In this document: positions 58,930 to 64,000 of the stretch, in pieces
How the letters are laid out: each line of letters opens with the position of its first letter
How positions within the stretch are numbered: the stretch's first letter is position 1
Assembly (NCBI RefSeq): GCF_009914755.1
Contig: NC_060934.1
Source: the human T2T-CHM13v2.0 reference genome, Homo sapiens
DNA length: 64,000 nucleotides
Strand: one strand, 5' to 3'
Notes under the pieces: model-generated
What the model was told of the DNA's origin: nothing
The model's input: only the letters and a program-made list of their open reading frames with translations
Databases searched by the model: none
Position numbers and translations under genes: made by a program

Positions 58930-60437
58930 AAGCAGTACTAATTTTAACCATAGAAGTACAAGACATATTCTGATATTATACAACATTGCTGAGAGAAATT
59001 AAAGATCAAAATAAATGGAGAGGCATTCCATGTTTATAAATCGGAAGACCCAATACTGTTAAGATGGCAGTTCTTCCTTGACTCATCTATAGATTCAAAA
59101 CATTCCCTATGGAAACCCCAGCAGGCCTTTTTGCAAAAACTGACAACCAGACCTTGTAAGTTATACAGAAATGCAGAGGACCCAGATTAGCCAAAATAAT
59201 GTCAAAAAGAATGGAGAATGTATACGTCCCAATTTCAAAATTTAAATAACTCTTACATATATGTTCAGTTGATTTTTGACAGGGACACAGTGGGGAAAAG
59301 CAGTCCTTTTAACACATGGTGCTAAGACCACTGAATATCCATAGGAATTTAGATCTTTACCTCATACCATATATAAAAATTAATTTAAAACAGCTCACAG
59401 GCCCAAATTTAAGAGCTAAAACTATAAAACTTCCAGAACAAAACATAGGAGAAAATCTTTGTGACCTTTAGTTAAGCAGAGAGAGATACAGTACTAAAAG
59501 CATAACTCGTATAAGGAAACTAATACATTAGGCTTCATTAAAATTAAAAACAAGTGCATTTCAAAAGACACCATTAGGAAAAGATAAGCCACAGACTGGG
59601 AGAAAATATTTGCAAATCATGTCTTAAAAGGACTTGTATCCAGAATGTATTAAGAACTCTTACTATTTAATAAGAAAAAAAACCCAACTGAAAAGTGAGC
59701 AAAAGATTTAAATAGACATTTCACCAAAGGTATATAAACGGCCCATAAGCACATGAAAAATGCTCATCATTAGCTATCAAGGAAATGTAAATCAAAGCCA
59801 CAATGAGTTACCACTTCACATCCACAAGGATGGCTATAATTTTAAAAGACACATAATCACAAGTGTTGGTGAGGACGTGGAGATATCAGAACCCTCCTAC
59901 ATTGCTGGTGCAAATGTAAAATGGTGCAGCTTCTTTGGAAAACAGTCTGGCAATTTCCTAAAAAGTTAAACATATGTCTGCACAAACACTTGTACACAAA
60001 TGGTCACAGCAGCATGAAAACAATCTACATGTCTATCAACTGGTGAATGAACAAACAAAATCTGACACAGCCATACAATGGAACAGCATTCAGCCCAGCA
60101 ATAAAAAGGAAAGCAATTACTGATAGATGCCACTACAGGGAGGAACTTCAGAAACATTACTGAGTGAAAGAAGCCAGACACAAAAGACCATGTCTGATTC
60201 CATTTATAGGAAATGTTCAGAAATGGCAAACCTGAAGGACAGAAAGCCGATCAGTTGCTGTGTGGAAATGGAAATGGGACTTAATTGCAAACTGGAATAA
60301 GATTTTTTTTTTTTTGAGTTGTTCTAACATTGGTTGTGATAGTTGCACAACTCTATAAACTTACTGAACAACCATCTAAGTATAAACCTAAAATGGGTAA
60401 ATTTTGTGGCAGGTAAATTGTATCTCCTTAAAACTGT
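58930..60437 (+). mobile_element. L1ME-like ORF2 3' part and 3' UTR
   Basis: AATAAATGGAGAGGCATTCCATG...GACTGGGAGAAAATATTTGCAAATCAT...GTGAAAGAAGCCAGACACAAAAG. Confidence 0.85.
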
Positions 60438-60469
60438 TAGGGGAGAGAGGGAGGCACAGGCTCTTCATT

Positions 60470-60680
60470 CAGAGTACCAGGGTCCCAGTCCTCGCCCTTT
60501 TACTTATCCACTCTGTCGCTTGGGGCAAGTTAAACTTTGTGCCTTAGTTTTCTCGTCTGTAAACTGGCAATTATAGTAGTACATACTTCGTTATTGTGAG
60601 GATTAAATCGGTTAATACCAGTAAAACGTCTAGCAGAGTGCCAAACACACAGCAAGCATTCAGTGTTAGCTGTTGTCTCA
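60470..60680 (+). mobile_element. MIR
   Basis: GGGCAAGTTAAACTTTGTGCCTTAGTTTTCTCGTCTGTAAA. Confidence 0.8.
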
Positions 60681-62007
60681 TTATGACCATTCGGATTACA
60701 CGCATCCAGTTGTCTTGCCAGTTTCCCTTGGTAATTAGTTCTCAATCACCTTTTCTTCATACCTTCTTCCCTGGCCTTAAGCTCTGTGCCACCTTTTAGA
60801 TGAAAGGCTTGTCCTGTCTCCCTCACTGCCCCCAGGCCTGTTCCCTCACATTTCACTTCCACAGCATGGAGGGACCACACCAGGTCAAAACCAACTACAG
60901 GATCAAGTTCAACTGCACACAACTCCCTCCACCATCCTGTCTCTGTGGAGCCCGTCACCCCTGTCCACCCCCATGCCTACCCCACATACACATCACAGTG
61001 GCAAATTTCCTCACACATCCCATGCAGCTGCTCTTGCCATCGGTCCCCTCTGCAGAATGCCCTGCTCTCTCCCCCTCTTGTCTTTCTATATGCTTGTCCT
61101 GTCAGGCTCAGCTGAGACAAATCCTTCATAAGACTTCCCTGAACCTCTTGGGCTGGGATCACTAGTTGGCCTTTATATTTGTCCATAATATGCCTGTAAT
61201 AGCCTGGGCATATCTCCAACACTGATTGACAGATTACAAAACACACTGTCAGATTAGAACACACATCTCACATCTGGAAGCATGAATCCAGCACAATGCA
61301 GGTGCTCGACAGAATGTTAGCTGGCCAAATGAAGGACCAGACAGGCAGCGCTTTCTCAGCTCCTCATATACTGAAAATGCTCACAGACTTCCAAACAGCT
61401 TAGGACTTTGTCTAGGAACATGGAAATCTTAGGGAGACTCTCCCTCTGTTGAGGAGCACTGCAAGCAGCACCTGAGTGGAAGGACAGGGCCTGCCGTCTT
61501 CCGTTTGATGCCGTAACTGTCAGCAGTTCAGGAGCATTTGCAGAGATGGCTGGTAATGTTAATTTTGCTGGTGGAATATTTCCTAACTTGCCCAACATCC
61601 GAGTTTCTAAACTCTGAAACTCTTGATTAAGAATCTTTGAGATATCTCATAGCGGGAATATAAGACAATCAACTTCAGAGGGATGTAACAGCTTAATGAC
61701 TGAACTTTAAATTATGGGGGAAAATACAATAATCTGATGTCTGGGTTCCATCCAAGATATTCTGATTTAAGTGGTCTGGGATATAACCTATGCAGAAAAT
61801 TTTTTTAAAGTTCACTCAGTAATTCTAAAGAATTATAGTGACCCAGCAAGGGTCAAGATCTGCTCTTATATTAGTTCCTCTGTCATTTTCTCATGTATAA
61901 ATGGTAGCAGTTATGCTTAGATTTATGGATAACTGAAAGTCCTTCTGAAAATAAAATGCATAAATGTTAATCAGATTCCTTTTTCCTATTCTCACGACTT
62001 TGGGTCA

Positions 62008-62790
<783 letters not shown>

Positions 62791-62883
62791 CTTAAAATGG
62801 AAAAAGAAAGTTGAAACAATCGCATCCTATAAACATGTATTTTTCTGCTCCAGAGCTGTCCTCTTGGTTGAATCTCTTTTCAC

Positions 62884-63160
62884 TTTTTTGAGACGGAGTC
62901 TTGCTCTGTTGCCAGGCTGGAGTGCAGTGGCGTGATGTCGGCTCACCGCAACCTCTGACTCCCTGGTTCAAGCGATTCTCCTGCCTCAGCCTCCCGAGTA
63001 GCTGGGATTACAGGCACATGCCACTACGCCTAGCTAATTTTTGTATTTTTAGTAGAGATGGGGTTTCACCATGTTGGCCAGGATGGTCTCGATTTCCTGA
63101 CCTCGTGATCCGCCCACCTCGGCCTCCTAAAGTGGTGGGATTACAGGCGTGAACCACTGC
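62884..63160 (-). mobile_element. AluSc
   Basis: TGTTGCCAGG, GGCCAGGATGGTCTCGAT, GACCTCGTGATCC diagnostics. Confidence 0.93.
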
Positions 63161-63164
63161 AAAT

Positions 63165-64000
63165 ACTAAATTTATAAATTACTACTTCACCTGGCCTCTT
63201 TTCATTCTTTCAATGAAACAGTCTATTATTGATACTGATACCTGAATTTATATACATTTCCCAGCTTTAAAAAGATGTTCATTTTTTTAAAATCCTATTA
63301 ATAAACAAACATATGAAAACGTCAAAGTTTTAAAACTTTTGAGATCCTAGGTCTAGTTTCTTTAACTTCTCAGACTAAATATTCTATAAAATAGAAACTA
63401 CGCCAAGCGCCTACTAAGGCAAAATTGCCACAAATAAAAGACTTAATGGCAAAATACACCATGTACATGCAGTTACAGGGCAAAATCAGTCTCTACACTA
63501 TGAAAATCTGTACTAAATGGGTTTTTCATAAATATACTTTACCAATCTTTTTATATCATTATTTCATTATCTCTTATTAAAAAATAAATTTGAAAAAGTA
63601 AAACTGTATGGTGGCAAGATAATTTCAAATTACATTTTCCTACTTAGAAAACAGCTACATTTTGTAATGAGGAAGACTAGAAATGCTACCTTATTACTAT
63701 TGACAATGTCATACTAAATAAAATAAGGAAAGACTATGTAGTTTTAAATATAGTCTTACTGGAAATTAGTAAAGCATTAAACATAGAACTGTGACATATA
63801 CAAAGTAACACAGGTGAATACTAGGCAACAGCTACTCCATTAGAAGAGAATTAGCCTTCAAAGCATCAGGGGGTGCACCATTTTTGCCGTATGAAAAAAA
63901 TGCACATAAAAGACACAAAATATACTTATTACTTTTAGCATGTTAAAAAACAATCACATCAAAAAAGTATACAGATTAAAAAATGTCATAAATGACATAA
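63165..64000 (-). other. Probable distal 3' UTR of an unidentified minus-strand gene extending beyond the window
   Basis: Repeat-free, very AT-rich, U-rich on minus strand; TGTATATA Pumilio element (63256-63249) overlapping TATAAA; several ATTTA; no canonical minus-strand AATAAA seen. Confidence 0.4.

Noticed and set aside
63165-64000. Naming the gene that owns the probable 3' UTR
   Set aside because: I do not recognise the sequence; a genome alignment is needed.

Overview
This looks like primate (most likely human) non-coding genomic DNA, moderately GC-rich to about 61.5 kb and abruptly AT-rich after that. Much of it is recognisable interspersed repeat: about 30 Alus, L1 fragments of several ages, L2/MIR, many solo LTRs (THE1, MLT1, MER41B, MER61-, MER50-, MER34-, MER21-, LTR33- and LTR47-like) and DNA-transposon fossils (MER47A, Tigger1, MER20, MER5, ORSL-like, MADE1). 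I find no intact cellular protein-coding gene, RNA gene or CRISPR array. The one long ORF with genuine protein homology (6872-7816) is the C-terminal part of LINE-1 ORF2 in a 5'-truncated L1PA2/3. The last ~2 kb resemble the 3' end of an unidentified minus-strand gene. I cannot support a new biological system. The best leads are: a MER41B LTR with altered STAT/NF-kB sites; a candidate minus-strand terminal exon bracketed by inverted Alus, with a possible Alu-derived poly(A) site; a largely repeat-free CTCF/RFX/CRE block; and several local duplications. Family names are from recalled consensus sequences, not a database search, and boundaries are approximate unless a target-site duplication (TSD) is quoted.
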